The position numbers and the translations under genes are program-made. A stretch of 64,000 bases of DNA, from assembly GCF_001194135.2 (NCBI RefSeq), contig NC_068991.1, forward strand, positions 43,421,062-43,485,061, written 5' to 3'. Source of the stretch: Octopus bimaculoides (taxonomy: Eukaryota). This document shows positions 14,193 through 26,745 of this stretch, piece after piece (positions within the stretch are counted from its first letter, which is position 1; the number at the start of each line of letters is the position of its first letter). Below the pieces are notes generated by a model. It did no database searches. It had not been told where the DNA came from and was given only the letters and a program-made list of their open reading frames with translations.

Positions 14193-14516
14193 TATATCAT
14201 TTAAATCTTAAATGCAAGATCACAGCTTATAAGCTCCAGATTTTGAAGTTCACATAAAAACCACTACTTTGCATCTGTTATCTTTGTACCAACTTTTCAA
14301 GAGTAACACCTAACTCAAACAGTTCTCTACACAACTTATAGTCAATAGTTCAAGAGAGCTTAATTGAAAATCATAAAGCCTAATATTTTATATCCACACC
14401 ACACTCTACACAGCTCCATCATGGGCACAGACCAAAAATTAGCATGGCATATCTACTATTTGTATCCAGTGGAGAATACTATGTGTTTACTACTGAACTT
14501 GGTTTGTTCAAATTAA

Positions 14517-14736
14517 CTCTTTAGCATTTAAATTGACCATATCTGGCCAAAATATTCAATCCATTTTCTGTTCTAACCAGCCAAACTTGGCATCTCACAT
14601 CTACCCTACAATGTCATTCTAAAAATACACAATCACATCATCAAAATTTCCAAGCTACAAGATAATGCATATCTAATCCAAAACAATGTGAATAAATAAG
14701 CATTACATTTGACAGAGTCATCTGAATGCTGAAGGG
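14517..14736. mobile_element. piggyBac-type non-autonomous element (TTAA TSD)
   Basis: TTAA|CTCTTTAGCATT...AATGCTGAAGGG|TTAA. Confidence 0.6.
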
Positions 14737-15344
14737 TTAAAACACCCTGAGGATACTCAATAAAGACAATAATCAATTCTAAGAATGCTCAGCAAATAAA
14801 GCACTGATTTTTGCTAATTGCATGTGATGGTATTTGAATTACATATCAATTAATTACCTGTTAAATAAACAGAGCAAGGCTGTATGTGGTCACAGGAATT
14901 GTTAGAAATAGCAGCCAAATCTCCTTAAAATCATACACTATTTTCTTATATAAAGACAGATAAAAAATATCATAATATTTACATAATCCCAAAACATGGT
15001 AAAGGGTGGAACTTCATTAGCACTATACTGGGGCTAAACAACAACAACAGCATATTATCCTCTAGTAATATATATTTATATACACACACACACACAAAAG
15101 TACACTGTGTGCATACAGTGAACGAGAAATTATATTAAGGTAGCAACAGTACCACACCTTCCAATTATCTCAAGCACGTTGCATTTACATTACAAACTGT
15201 GTAATATCCTTTTTCATAACATAAATAATGATTTATTTTGGCAATGTAACAGACCAATTGTATAAAGAAACAGTTTATAGTTAATTGAATTTACCTATGT
15301 ATATTTTGTTACAAACTGTGGAGTTCAATACACACAGACAGACA

Positions 15345-15381
<37 letters not shown>

Positions 15382-15464
15382 NNNNNNNNNNTATATATAC
15401 ATACATACACACACACACAGATAATATATATATTTATGCACATATATACATACACAGTATATAA

Positions 15465-16440
15465 TCATGATTCTTTATTGCCCACAAGGAGCCAACACAG
15501 AGGGAATGATATAAAACACAGGTTGATAAAAATGAATGAGTTTTACAAAGAGATGGGCAATTTAAAAATTTCTGAAAAATATATCGCATGGTTTAATATA
15601 CAAGGACAATGCAATGAAGTGGGGGACGTGTTTGGCTCTGACCCCACAAGCCCTGTTCCACCACAGACCTTTTAATTTTTCTTCATTGTCTACACTTACG
15701 TCTGGTCATTCATACCCAGCATTTGTACCACTTTCTTCCATCTTTTGTTATATGTTGCAGCCAACAGCCGTATTTTCGTTTTGAGATGGAAAATGAAGAA
15801 GGTTATTAAACCTTGGCTGGAGATGAAGATGCCTGTTGCTACTCCTTTCATAAGAGATTTCCATACTGACTCTTTCACCATAGCAATTACGAGAAAACAA
15901 ACCCCTTCTTCCTTGTTAAAGGAAGATGGCGGAGTAATCTTAATGATTGATTCGGATGACAGCTGTACTCTTCCCATACGGGACAGCAGCTGTTCAACAT
16001 AAACTCACAATTCCAAGATTTTCGGACATTGTACAATGGCGTACAGGACAGTTTCTCTGTCCTACTCACATCTTGGACAAGTGAGTGAAGACTGACCTCC
16101 ATGCCTTGCAAGTTTATCATGAACAGGTAAGGCTCCTCTGTAACACTGGCAAGCCAGGGATTTTTGGAAATTATCCAAGGACCTTGTCTGGAATGTACGT
16201 TGGAACAGGCCAACTAGTTGACCATCGTCGAGACCCAGGGTGTCTCCCAGGATATCGTCACACTTTGCCTCTACCAACCCTCTATAGAACAACAAGGTGG
16301 AACCCTGACCACCAGCGCCACCCGTGTGACAGAGAAGAGGAAAGGCTTGACTGCATTTGGCCTGCCAAGCCCCTGCTTTCAGTCTACACTTAATCCAAGA
16401 ATTCAGTCCACTAAAACTAGTGAACTTAAGAAAAAAAATC
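15465..16440 (-). mobile_element. L1/Tx1-type LINE 3' fragment with a zf-RVT-like domain
   Basis: Minus-strand translation SLACQCYRGALPVHDKLARHG..LTCPRCE*DRETVLYAIVQCP...EQLLSRMGRVQLS fits the CxxC...C zinc-binding region downstream of RT. AATAAA lies near the 3' end. Confidence 0.75.
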
Positions 16441-17938
16441 ACCTCGACAAACAGAGACCACACCTGTTCACCATCCAGAGTATATGATCAGTCAAGACAC
16501 TACCTCCGAGTTTCAGACAAATATACTTCAGTAAATATTTGTATTGTAGTAGATTTTAGATAAATATTTGAAACTCAGAGTAGTGTTTTCACTAGTTTCA
16601 CTACTATAATTATAAAAAATTTAACTATTTTCAAATATTGTATGCATTATCTTTTGTTTTATAACTAAACTAAACTATTACTCTCTCTCTCTCTCCCTCT
16701 CCCTCTCCCTCTCTCTCTCTCTCTCTCGTGCACACACACACACGAAAGAAATTACAACAAGCTTTTTTTTACTTCTTTTTTTTACAAGAATGGTGACTTC
16801 ACCAAAACATTGCTTTTTTGACCTTACTCTGCAGGATTGAACTCAGCCTCTTGAGATACAGAAGGAAACATTTGTAAAGCTTTTGTCTAACTTTCTGCCT
16901 TCTGATTCATCTCCATGACAACAATAACAGGAAATAACATTTTAATCAATATTACCATGGCCTTGATTTGTCAAAACAATTCCGATTTGTGTGCATGACA
17001 GGGGACAAGAGTGCTAGGGCAATATCAAGAATATCATGGGTATGAGAAATATACATATTTCTCATACCCATGATATTCTTGACATCTCTTGGAAGGCAAG
17101 TCACATATACATGTGACTCAGAAACAATATAATACTTATGGAAACATTCCTGAACTTTAGCTCCTGTGACTCAATTGTTACTTTAAAAGCTATTTGTTTC
17201 TGTTTCTCATGTAGTCATATTCTAAAGATAGTCGATTGAAATTCTCATAAAAGTGAACAAAAAAGGTCTATGAGTTTTAAAACTACATTGGCAACACGTT
17301 CTGATTTTAATTACCCACAAAACATGCTTAATAAACACTACCACAATCTGTTTATTTCATGAAATATCACTTGCTTATACTGAACATGCAGCCACAACAG
17401 AAGGTTGGAGTTAAACAAGTTTATGATCTAAAAATAAACATATACTTTCTGTATTATAAGAGTATGTGCAGCAATAATGATGGAACGGGCAGTCGATCAT
17501 ATTAAATAATGCATGAATAAATGTGTTATTGGCACGAAAGAAATCTCTGAGTACCATCAGTCGCTGAAAGATTTACTTGAGTTAGTTGTATGAATTCTAT
17601 TTATCAAGTAAACCTATAGACATTTAGAAGTCTAATGATATCTAGTGAGTTTATAAGCATCTAAAGCATTTAATGAGAAATTTAAGTCAATGTCCTTAAT
17701 TAACACAACAAAGGAACAAAGAGTAATCTAGGTGTTTATCAAGGTTCTATTTTCTCTTTTCAAGAATTTAATACAACAAAATCAGCTAAAATGTTTAACC
17801 CTTTTAATAATAACCAGCTGCCTAAAACTATGTACTCTAAAATGTTTGTATTTAAATTAAAATCTTAATCAAAAATGCTCATTACTATATGAATAATTAC
17901 ATGAGGTCAGTTCCAGCATAATATATATCAGTATATGC

Positions 17939-18020
<82 letters not shown>

Positions 18021-18083
18021 NNNNNNNNNNNNNNNNNNNNNNNNNNNNNNNNNNNNNNNNNNNNNNTGCGTGCGCGTGCGTGC

Positions 18084-18114
<31 letters not shown>

Positions 18115-18593
18115 TGTGTGTGTGTAATTGAAACAAGCTTAATTTTTTAACATAAGGGGAAAATAAAAATGTATGAAAATAAAAATACAAAAAAAAAATC
18201 TTTTTGCAGAATAAATGCTTTCATATTATAATTTAACGGAAAATATATTGGAATACATATTCCTAAGTTTGATATATATGGACGTATATAGCGTTCTCGG
18301 TGGGTGGGTGTATACATACACACATTGTATATCGAGTTTTTCTGTTTGTGCTACCAAATTTATATAGATATTTTTTTAACTCTTTAAAATTCTATTTTTA
18401 TTGAAAATCAGTTTAGATACTCAAAAAGTCTAGTCACCGGAAATAAAGTTATGAAAGGTTAAAAGACATTTATTCCTTCATTTAATTGTTTGTAATGAAA
18501 GAACTTAGCTGTATAGTTCAATAAAGTTACTAAAACTCTATATTTTGTTTGAAATAGTAGTTCAGAAGCAGAGCAGGAATCCTGAAAGTTTAA

Positions 18594-18745
18594 TCCTTTT
18601 GTTACCATATTTCTGTTGAAATACACTGCCTTTGTTTAAATTAAGTATGGTACATAAATTAACATGTAATGTTGATGTAAAGTTTTAGCTGAGATCCCTT
18701 TAAAAATGAATGTTTGTATCATAGAACCAGGGGTGATCAAAAGGG
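18594..18745. mobile_element. piggyBac-type non-autonomous element (TTAA TSD)
   Basis: Short CCTTTTG/CAAAAGG TIRs flanked by TTAA. Confidence 0.55.
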
Positions 18746-20769
18746 TTAAATATAAAAAAAAGTATCAGAGATTATTATTGTCTAACCTCAGGGAAGTTCT
18801 GGTTGAGTAGAGATTTGGCACAGTTGATTGAATAACTAAGTACAACCCTTAGATTTGTTGTTCCAGATATACCATGCCTCCATCTAACTGAGAACTAGAT
18901 TTCACACTCCAACATGCAGTGTTGAGTCTTAATAGATGAAGTGTAACAGTTGGATATGTAATCCTTCCACTGTCCAGTCTATTTCTGCATGCCTTGTTTA
19001 ACCCTAGGCTTACTCTGATCAGATAAACCATCGTCAAAGATGTTCCAGTCATGCTCATCCTATTTCTTTGCATATCAGAACATATCAGGTACTCTATTAT
19101 CCAATGGGTCTTTTTGTTTAACAATGGTTGGGTGTGATTTGAGGGAGATATGGTCACTATTTCTCAAAAACCATGTAAAGACACTACTTTCACCTAAACC
19201 ATGATTTAGAGCGCTCATCATTAGTTCCTCTGTATACCTGGATTCTAGTGTGGGTAGGTGGGTGGTGATATTGAGAAATTTACTTGGTGTTGGATTGTGG
19301 GATTGTTATTTGACATTGTCATGAGTTGGGATGTGGTCTGGTTAGTGTTATTACTGCGGCTATATAGTATTTTACTGTTTGCTTTGTGGTTTATGTCAGA
19401 TACAAATGTTTGCCAATTTTGTGTTTTTACTTGGTATCAAATAACTAAAAGATTAACAAAGAAAATATATCAAGTTTTATTTTTGTTACGTGCAATGTTG
19501 GTGTGTTGAGTTCAAAGTTATTCTTTAATTTTATCAGTTTGGCCATTTCTGTCATGTAGCAGTGGTTGTTTTTTTGAATTACCTTGTGATATATTTTGGA
19601 TCCATCTATAATTATTAAAAGTAAGGGTTTCGACCTGGGAAAAGGTAACCCAATAAGTATAAATGAAGCTTCAGTGTAGCAAATAAGTTGGGAAAAACAC
19701 CCTATTCTTTTTTTTTTTTCTTACCGCATGCAGAAATATTAAAGAACTACAAGATTTATGGCTGACCAATGTTTGATGCTTATTTACAATGAAGACAGGT
19801 TTGCACATCAGTTACACTGGGGTTCCAGATACCTTTTAAAATGTTGTTGATGCAACATGCAAAGCAAAATATGTTTGGATTATGCATATGATAAAAAATA
19901 CTGACCAATGTATTTCCCCCACCTTGAATTTTATACTGATATTATAAAAATAAATTTATATTGTGAAAACAAATACACAGTGAAAAATATTACAATAAAA
20001 AGAGAAAACAATTCAGAGTATATTTAAAACTAAACTACCCGTGACCTGTTGAGCCACCATGGAAGTCTGAGTTTCCAAGCAATGGAGTTTTGTTTCATGG
20101 GTTTTATTTTTCTTTTCCATGTTATTTTGCATGCTTTCAATGAATGTGACATCGAAATCACAGCTAAACAGCTCCTTTCCCCGGAAAAGGAAAGATTTGG
20201 CTGATATTTCTTGCACACCCTGCTACCACGTAACAGCTATTTTGGGTCCTTTATCACAAATAGCTGTTACATGGTAGCAGGGCGTGCTAGAAATAGCAGC
20301 CAAATCTTTGGTGGTGAGATACATTGAATACACTCGAATGAAACCCATGGAATAAAACTATTTCACACCGTAGTTATGGGTCTTTTACAAAATATTTACC
20401 ATATTTTTAAAGTCATTTTCACTTTAAAATATTTTGCCCATCATAATGTGTTTAATGGAAAGGTTAGAGTTTCTTCCCTTTCAGGGTTAAGTTATTTTCG
20501 GAGTATTTTCCCCATTATGCACCTTTTTAGATATTTATACTCCAAAGGCCCGAATATCTCAATAACTACTGGTCCGATTTACGTGAAACTTGTTTTATTC
20601 CGTTTGTATTCACATTTCAGGGGCATTTACTTTCAAAGTATTTTCCCATTATGCACCAGTTTGGCTGTGTAACACTGCAAGCAAGTAAGCAAGATTGAAC
20701 TTCATTTCTAATGTATTATAGACAATAAAACAAAAATAAAGTCATAAATTTCACTAAAGTTTTTCTTAC

Positions 20770-20875
20770 CAAGTAATATGCTTTTATGTTTTTTACTAAA
20801 TTATCCCAGTTCTGAATTCTAGCATTAACATCACTGATGTTAGTATTAACTTTGCTGTAAACAGTTTGTGGGTCT
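20770..20875 (-). CDS. Girdin: Girdin/Daple coding exon 3, (I)DPQTVYSKVNTNISDVNARIQNWDNLVKNIKAYYL
   Basis: Acceptor ttttgtcattttcAG, 106 nt (1+105), donor GTAAG. The phase-2 start completes the ATA codon begun in exon 2. Resembles INP...DASLRMHNLSILVRQIKFYYQ of Girdin. Confidence 0.92.
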
Positions 20876-21479
20876 CTGAAAATGACAAAAGGATGAGAAA
20901 CATAAGTAAAAGATTAAAAAAAATTTATTGCTTCAATTAAATAAATCAACATCATACTAACAGAAATAGAATTTAAGCATTTCTGATTAAACAAACAAAA
21001 TAAAATCTAGGCCACATTTGTAAATAAGTTTCCATATAAAATTGTATATAATATACATTATATACTGTGCTGACAGAAATTATATCAAATATGATTATCT
21101 CAAATGTATTGAAAAATGACAAGTGAAAAATACAGAAAACTATATTTTTATATACTTACTTATTTACATGTAGCAGACTTTGTTTAAAACAATTTTGAAA
21201 AACAACAAAAATTAATCTTGGTTCACCATTTGTTTCAATTGTACACAAATTCAAAATTTAGTAAATTATGGGGAAATCATCAGAACAATACTGAGCAGGG
21301 AAAGGTTTTGCGGATACTTTCTAATTTAATAATTCCTTTATTACTAGTTTTTTTGTGAAAATTTTGATCCTGAATTTTCTTGGTTAAGTGCAGGTTTAAA
21401 TTATTTTAATTTGTAGTTCTACTGAGTGCCATGTAAAGTAGTATGCGTAAAAAATGATTGAAGGCTGGTATATAACAAC

Positions 21480-22640
21480 CTGAATAAATGACTGATTTTG
21501 TGATATGGTGTTGATCATTGTAAATGCCAGGATACAGGAAACTAAAGTTTGTTTAAAGCAAAGGGAAGAAGAATATCACAAGGTGTTAAATGTAATTTTG
21601 GGAGAAATATCTCCTCTTGTTTCTTATAATCAGTCAGTATTTGTGCATGAAGGTAGAGATTATGAAGAGATTTTATTAAAATTTATGTTCCATGAAATAG
21701 AACATGTCTTGAGTCATGATCATATAATATGATAAGCATACCGTCCTTTAGTTTCAAAACATACAGAGGCATTCTCAATAGCATCAATGTATTTAAAAAC
21801 TCAAGTGGATAACTCATAATGATGCTATTAACTTTTCTATATGCTGAGGTATATTCAGGTAGTAATGCATTGTTCCAAAGTAACTACATTTTTAGGAGTT
21901 AACACTATCTCTGATTATATACTTTTAATTAATTCTTTGCTGTTGAATCTCCAAATATATTTCTGATAAGACTCCACATCACCTAATATTAGTTCAGGAA
22001 GAGATCTCTGCTGGATCTTCTTACAGTTTACATTTATTAGTCAGTGCACTATTTCCAACATAAAGTAGCTGTCTATTCTTCTTGCTCTGTGATCATGTTT
22101 TCTGACAAGCTTAAACATTTTTAGATTAGGCCAAAACTGAGATGATTTAACACAATTTTCAGTTGTAGCAGCATTAAGACCTCTGATATTATGGGAAAGT
22201 CTCCTAACAACAATTTTGCCATCAAAAGGTTTAACAACCCCTGATATACTTTCCAAAAATGCCAACGACTTGCAGAATATTAGCAGATAGCACCAAACCT
22301 TCATCTGTGATGAATATTTTAGTAGCTTCTATTTTTTGTGACTCCACAGAAGTAATTTTATGTAGGTGGAAGGATAGCTTTTCAGGTACCACTATACAAT
22401 GTTAAGTGATCAATTAAAAATCTGTTGTAATGCCAGTTCATGCATAGGAAAGAGCTATTTTTTGTTCAACCCTTCAAACCAACAGTCATTTACATTTTCA
22501 TTTTGAATCTTGGCATTCTATATTACCAATGAGCAGCCTTTTACATCTTCATTGACATCCAATTTCCTGGAGATCTTCACAGACTTTACTTCAACTCACA
22601 GAATCTGCTTCAATTCTTAAACATAGTAAGATACATCAGA
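21480..22640 (-). mobile_element. Helitron PIF1-like helicase relic (heavily decayed)
   Basis: Motifs appear in the expected order across stops and frameshifts: A*TGI, ATKIFITDE, PFDGKIVV, ENCVKSSQFWPNLKMFKL, YPLEFLNTL..MPLYVLKLK, FLPKLHLTPCDILLPFALNKL*FPV..AFTMIN. Confidence 0.8.
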
Positions 22641-23629
22641 CACAATTAGATATGAAAATTTTTTGTTTTCCAAAGCTCAGTGTATGTAAGATGTGACTGA
22701 TGTTTCTCATTCCCAATCTTCATTCACTTGGGATCAGGAATGAAAATCTCTGAATAACAACTCACACAAATTCAGCCTTAAATAAACAGTATTCCACTCT
22801 ACATAACAATGAATACTCTCTTTCACTTACTTGCAATATAATGGGGAGCAGTGTCTAATGAGTGCATGATTATATATTATATACACATACCACAATAGGG
22901 AAATCAAATTCTTGAAAAATTAAAAATACTTGGTTTATAAGATAAAGATCCAAATAGAAAACATAATTATTAATATGATGAGTGAAAGGAAAAAGTGATA
23001 TGGGAAGAAAAGAAAACAAATCCAGCATAGAAGCAGAACTTGATACCAGGTCTACAGCCTAGCTGCTGACATATATGGCACTGTAAGGTAGATCTTGCTC
23101 CTTTAGTGATGCGTTTAAAACCATGTAAGCTTCTCACATAACATTTTCCTAAACATTCTAACACTTGAAAGGTAACAGTAATTCCTTTCTTGCCTAAGAT
23201 TTCAAAATCAGACATTTACAATAACATCTGACATAGGCAAACTTTTAAGAAACATAAACAGGGTAGCATTTTTTAAATTTTTATAATATCAACCACTGAA
23301 ATAAATAGTATTTCAAAAAGTAGATTAAAGTGATAAAATACCACACACACAAAAGAAAAAGAATTAGAATTAAAAAATGAAGCAACTGAAAACTCAAGCA
23401 ATTACAAAAATAATTTCAATAGATCACAATACTGTTTTAAAAATAATCAAACGATTTGTTTTTAGCAAGAAACTTCTGAAAAATATTTTAATTGTACATG
23501 AAAGAACTGTATCAGTTGATTTTAATTATTATTGTAAACTTATACTTTAAAACATTTATTCTAAAATACTATCAAAATGTAGTTTGAATGCTCAAGACTA
23601 CACCATTATAATTTTCCCATTAAGAATGT

Positions 23630-23980
23630 GAGGATGGTTGTGTGGTGAGGAATATCACATTGCAAATTTACAGTTCAATTCCACTGCATGCTACTTTGTG
23701 CAAATGCCTTAACAGCCTCTGGGTGATCAGTATCTTTGGAAATTTCATAAGCAGAAACTGAGCAGGCATCTTGTGTGTGTGTGAGTGTGCATCTTTGTGT
23801 TTGTCTCACTGTTTGACAACTGATGTTAGTTTATACCTCTGTAACTTAATTTGGCAAAAAGGTTTGACAAAGCAAGCATCAGATACAAAAATACTGGGGT
23901 TCAATTTGATTGATTAAATCTGTCAAAGCAGAGTCTCAGCATAATCTCAGTCCAATGACTGAAATCAATAAAAGAGTAAA
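23630..23980 (+). mobile_element. Old, diverged family-1 SINE
   Basis: Colinear similarity to 26746-27143, including the tail gtccaatgactgaaatcaataaaagagtaa. Confidence 0.65.
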
Positions 23981-24199
23981 GTGTGCATGCATGTGTATTT
24001 GCATACATGCATGCGTGAATCTCACTAATGTATATTATTAAAGAATGTAAATATTGGTGAAAAAATTAAGAATGTATTTTTCAAATAAAATACATTGTGC
24101 TATTTGTTCTCCACTGAGTTAATGACACTCACTTTGAACACTCTCTGCCAGGAAAGCAGCGTTGGGCTGGCCCATTGTAAACCTGTAACTATTATTGCT

Positions 24200-24428
24200 A
24201 TTCTTTTATTCTTTTTAGTTGAATAAATCAATCCTAAGACTTATTCTTTGTAAGCTTAGTACTTATTTATCAGTCTCTATTGCTGAACCACTAAGTTACG
24301 GGGGACATAAATACACCAACATTGGTTGTCAAGTGATAGTGGGGGGGGGGNNNNNNNNNNNNNNNNNNNNNNNNNNNNNNNNNNNNNNNNNNNNNNNNNN
24401 NNNNNNNNNNNNNNNNNNNNNNNNNNNN

Positions 24429-24479
<51 letters not shown>

Positions 24480-24484
24480 TATAC

Positions 24485-24516
<32 letters not shown>

Positions 24517-24650
24517 GACGGGCTTCTTTCAGTTTCCGTCTTCCAAATCCACTCATAAGACTTTGGTCAGTCCAAGGCTATGATAAAAGACACTTGCCCA
24601 AGGTGCCACGCAGAACCATGTGCTTGGGAAGCAAACTTCTTACCACAGCC
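24200..24650 (-). mobile_element. Family-1 SINE
   Basis: Reverse-complement similarity to 26746-27143, with a gap in the internal microsatellite. Confidence 0.8.
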
Positions 24651-24765
24651 TATTGTCCACTAATTACAATTTAAAACAAAAATAAGGCATTCACCCACAA
24701 CAAATAGAAATGTAATTCATGATACTCATGTATTCAGAAAATGTCATTTACTAAAGAAACAGTTA

Positions 24766-25092
24766 GGTACATTATTTACTTTATGTACATTCGACGGATA
24801 TTTGTCCTCATCTTGTTTGTTGTTAACACAACATTTCGGCTGATATACCCTCCAGCCTTCTTCAGGTGTCTTGGGGAAATTTCGAACCTGGGTTCTCATT
24901 CCTAAGGTATCCTTCAATGTTGTTGTCATTATATTATTATTGTTCAGGTCACTGCTTGGAATCGAACTCGGAATCTTGGGGTTAGTAGCCCGTGCTCTTA
25001 ACCACTACGCCATACGACCATGGCCATATGGTGTAGTGGTTAAGAGCACGGGCTACTAACAACAAGATTCCGAGTTCAATTCCAAGCAGTGA

Positions 25093-25124
<32 letters not shown>

Positions 25125-25316
25125 GTAATAATAATAACAACAACATCGAAGGATACCTTAGGAATGAGAACCTAGGTTAAAAATTTCCCCAAGACACCTG
25201 AAAAAGGCTGGAGGGTATATCAGCCGAAATGTTGTGTTAACAACAAACAAGATGAGGACAAATATCCGTCGAATGTAAATAACGTACATAATTCCTCATC
25301 TCTTAAATATAGAACT
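24766..25316. mobile_element. Palindromic head-to-head dimer of tRNA-head/hammerhead units with a 10-bp TSD
   Basis: Minus arm 24766-25019, plus arm 25022-25316. Hammerhead motifs at 24825-24870 (-) and 25193-25238 (+). GAAACAGTTA flanks both sides (24756-24765, 25317-25326). Confidence 0.88.
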
Positions 25317-25498
25317 GAAACAGTTATGGTGTTTCCATTAGCAAATAACAGCCATGGTTAAGGTATCACATAGCCTTTTTATTTCTAAATTCCAAATATA
25401 GCATACCATTGAGACAAAAATTATCACTACTTGCTACTCATATTTTTGAATTTTGTAAATGGGCTTGTGAGAGAGGAGAGTAGCACATCCATCTAACT

Positions 25499-25903
25499 CA
25501 TGGGTCACCAAACTTTTTTTCACGGCAGGCCAGATAACTGAGAGAATGACAAGCACGAGCCACATAGCCATTTTATTCAATACAATACAGTGAATACACA
25601 AAAAATAAAGACAACCAACATATGGTTGTTTAGCTTTTAAGATATCAATGTTTGCTTTGGAATTGCTGCATCCAACCAAGAGAATTGCTTTCAAATAAAC
25701 CTCATTCAATGTGCTAACTTCACATACTTTATTTTTGAAAATGTTTGCTCTCAGACATAAGTTGTTCCAAACACTGATGCCATATCAGAGGCAATGAACT
25801 CTCATTGAAGGTACTTACACAAAAGGTACAGTGTAGTGGCAGGCCAGATGAACTGACCTCACAGACTGGATCTGGCCCGTGGGCCATAGATTGGTGACCC
25901 CTG
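25499..25903. mobile_element. hAT (Charlie-like) non-autonomous element with an 8-bp TSD
   Basis: Termini CATGGGTCACCAAAC and GATTGGTGACCCCTG, subterminal GGCCCGTGGGCC, and identical 8-bp flanks ATCTAACT (25491-25498, 25904-25911). Confidence 0.8.
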
Positions 25904-26745
25904 ATCTAACTGATGAGCATTCTTATCAGTTACAGTTTGATTGGAACTTAAAAGATAGTAATATTTCCTGATGATGTAAGATAAATGCTACAATATGATA
26001 CAATTATGTTAGTACAGTATTGCCTCACATAAGTTTGTCAAAATTTTTTAGCTGTAACAATGAATGAACAGCTGAATACCTATTGCAAAAAGGTACAGTT
26101 TTGCATATGTGTTAGCTATTACACAATTCCAACTAAAATTTTTAGACTATTAGAATTTAGAAAAATATAATTTTCAAACCAACAAAATAATACGTTCAGT
26201 TGAGTTACAGGTTTTTTTAAGTGCTTTCGGACAGATAATTTGAAATTTATTCCTTGTCTACGAATGAAAGAAAAGGATAAAGCATTCTCAAGAAATAGTT
26301 AAACTGATGCCCCAACCCCACCCACACACTAATGATTATAATGAATCTTAATTTATCTTGACCCATCATATCAAACATACTCTTCTCCATAATTTTTTTC
26401 TTGCATCTTTTTAAAGTATTAAATTTTCAGTATTATTTCATTATTTGAAAAATCTTCATGATCAACAACAAAAATCAAAACAATGTCATACATATTCATT
26501 GTTAAAATACATTTTGGCAGATTGAAACATGAATATGTTAATTGCTATTGCATTTTGTCATTGGAGAACATCACCTTTTAGACAAATGTATGTTCATAAC
26601 ATAATTCATTGGGATATGGGGGACTTTAAGACACCTGTGATTCAATCTTGTTGGGTGTCTCCTCAACCAAAGCTACCCCCAGATCAATGAGTCTAACAGG
26701 GGATATTTTTACTCTTGTTTATACGATTCAGTGAAAAAATTATTA

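Noticed and set aside
18849-19290. 102-aa ORF and neighbouring open frames
   Set aside because: No recognisable domain and stops in the protein-like frames. It overlaps a dispersed repeat and is probably an unclassifiable retroelement remnant.
1-20769. Girdin exon 4 and later exons
   Set aside because: A manual scan for E/D-x-LQQL and GCAVQ-coding segments with splice sites found none. They are probably beyond the window, though a short or diverged exon, or one inside a gap, could have been missed.
24947-25094. Possible bona fide tRNA genes (73 nt, anticodon-like ACT)
   Set aside because: D, anticodon and T stems pair poorly, and the units are embedded in a repeat. Treated as tRNA-derived heads.
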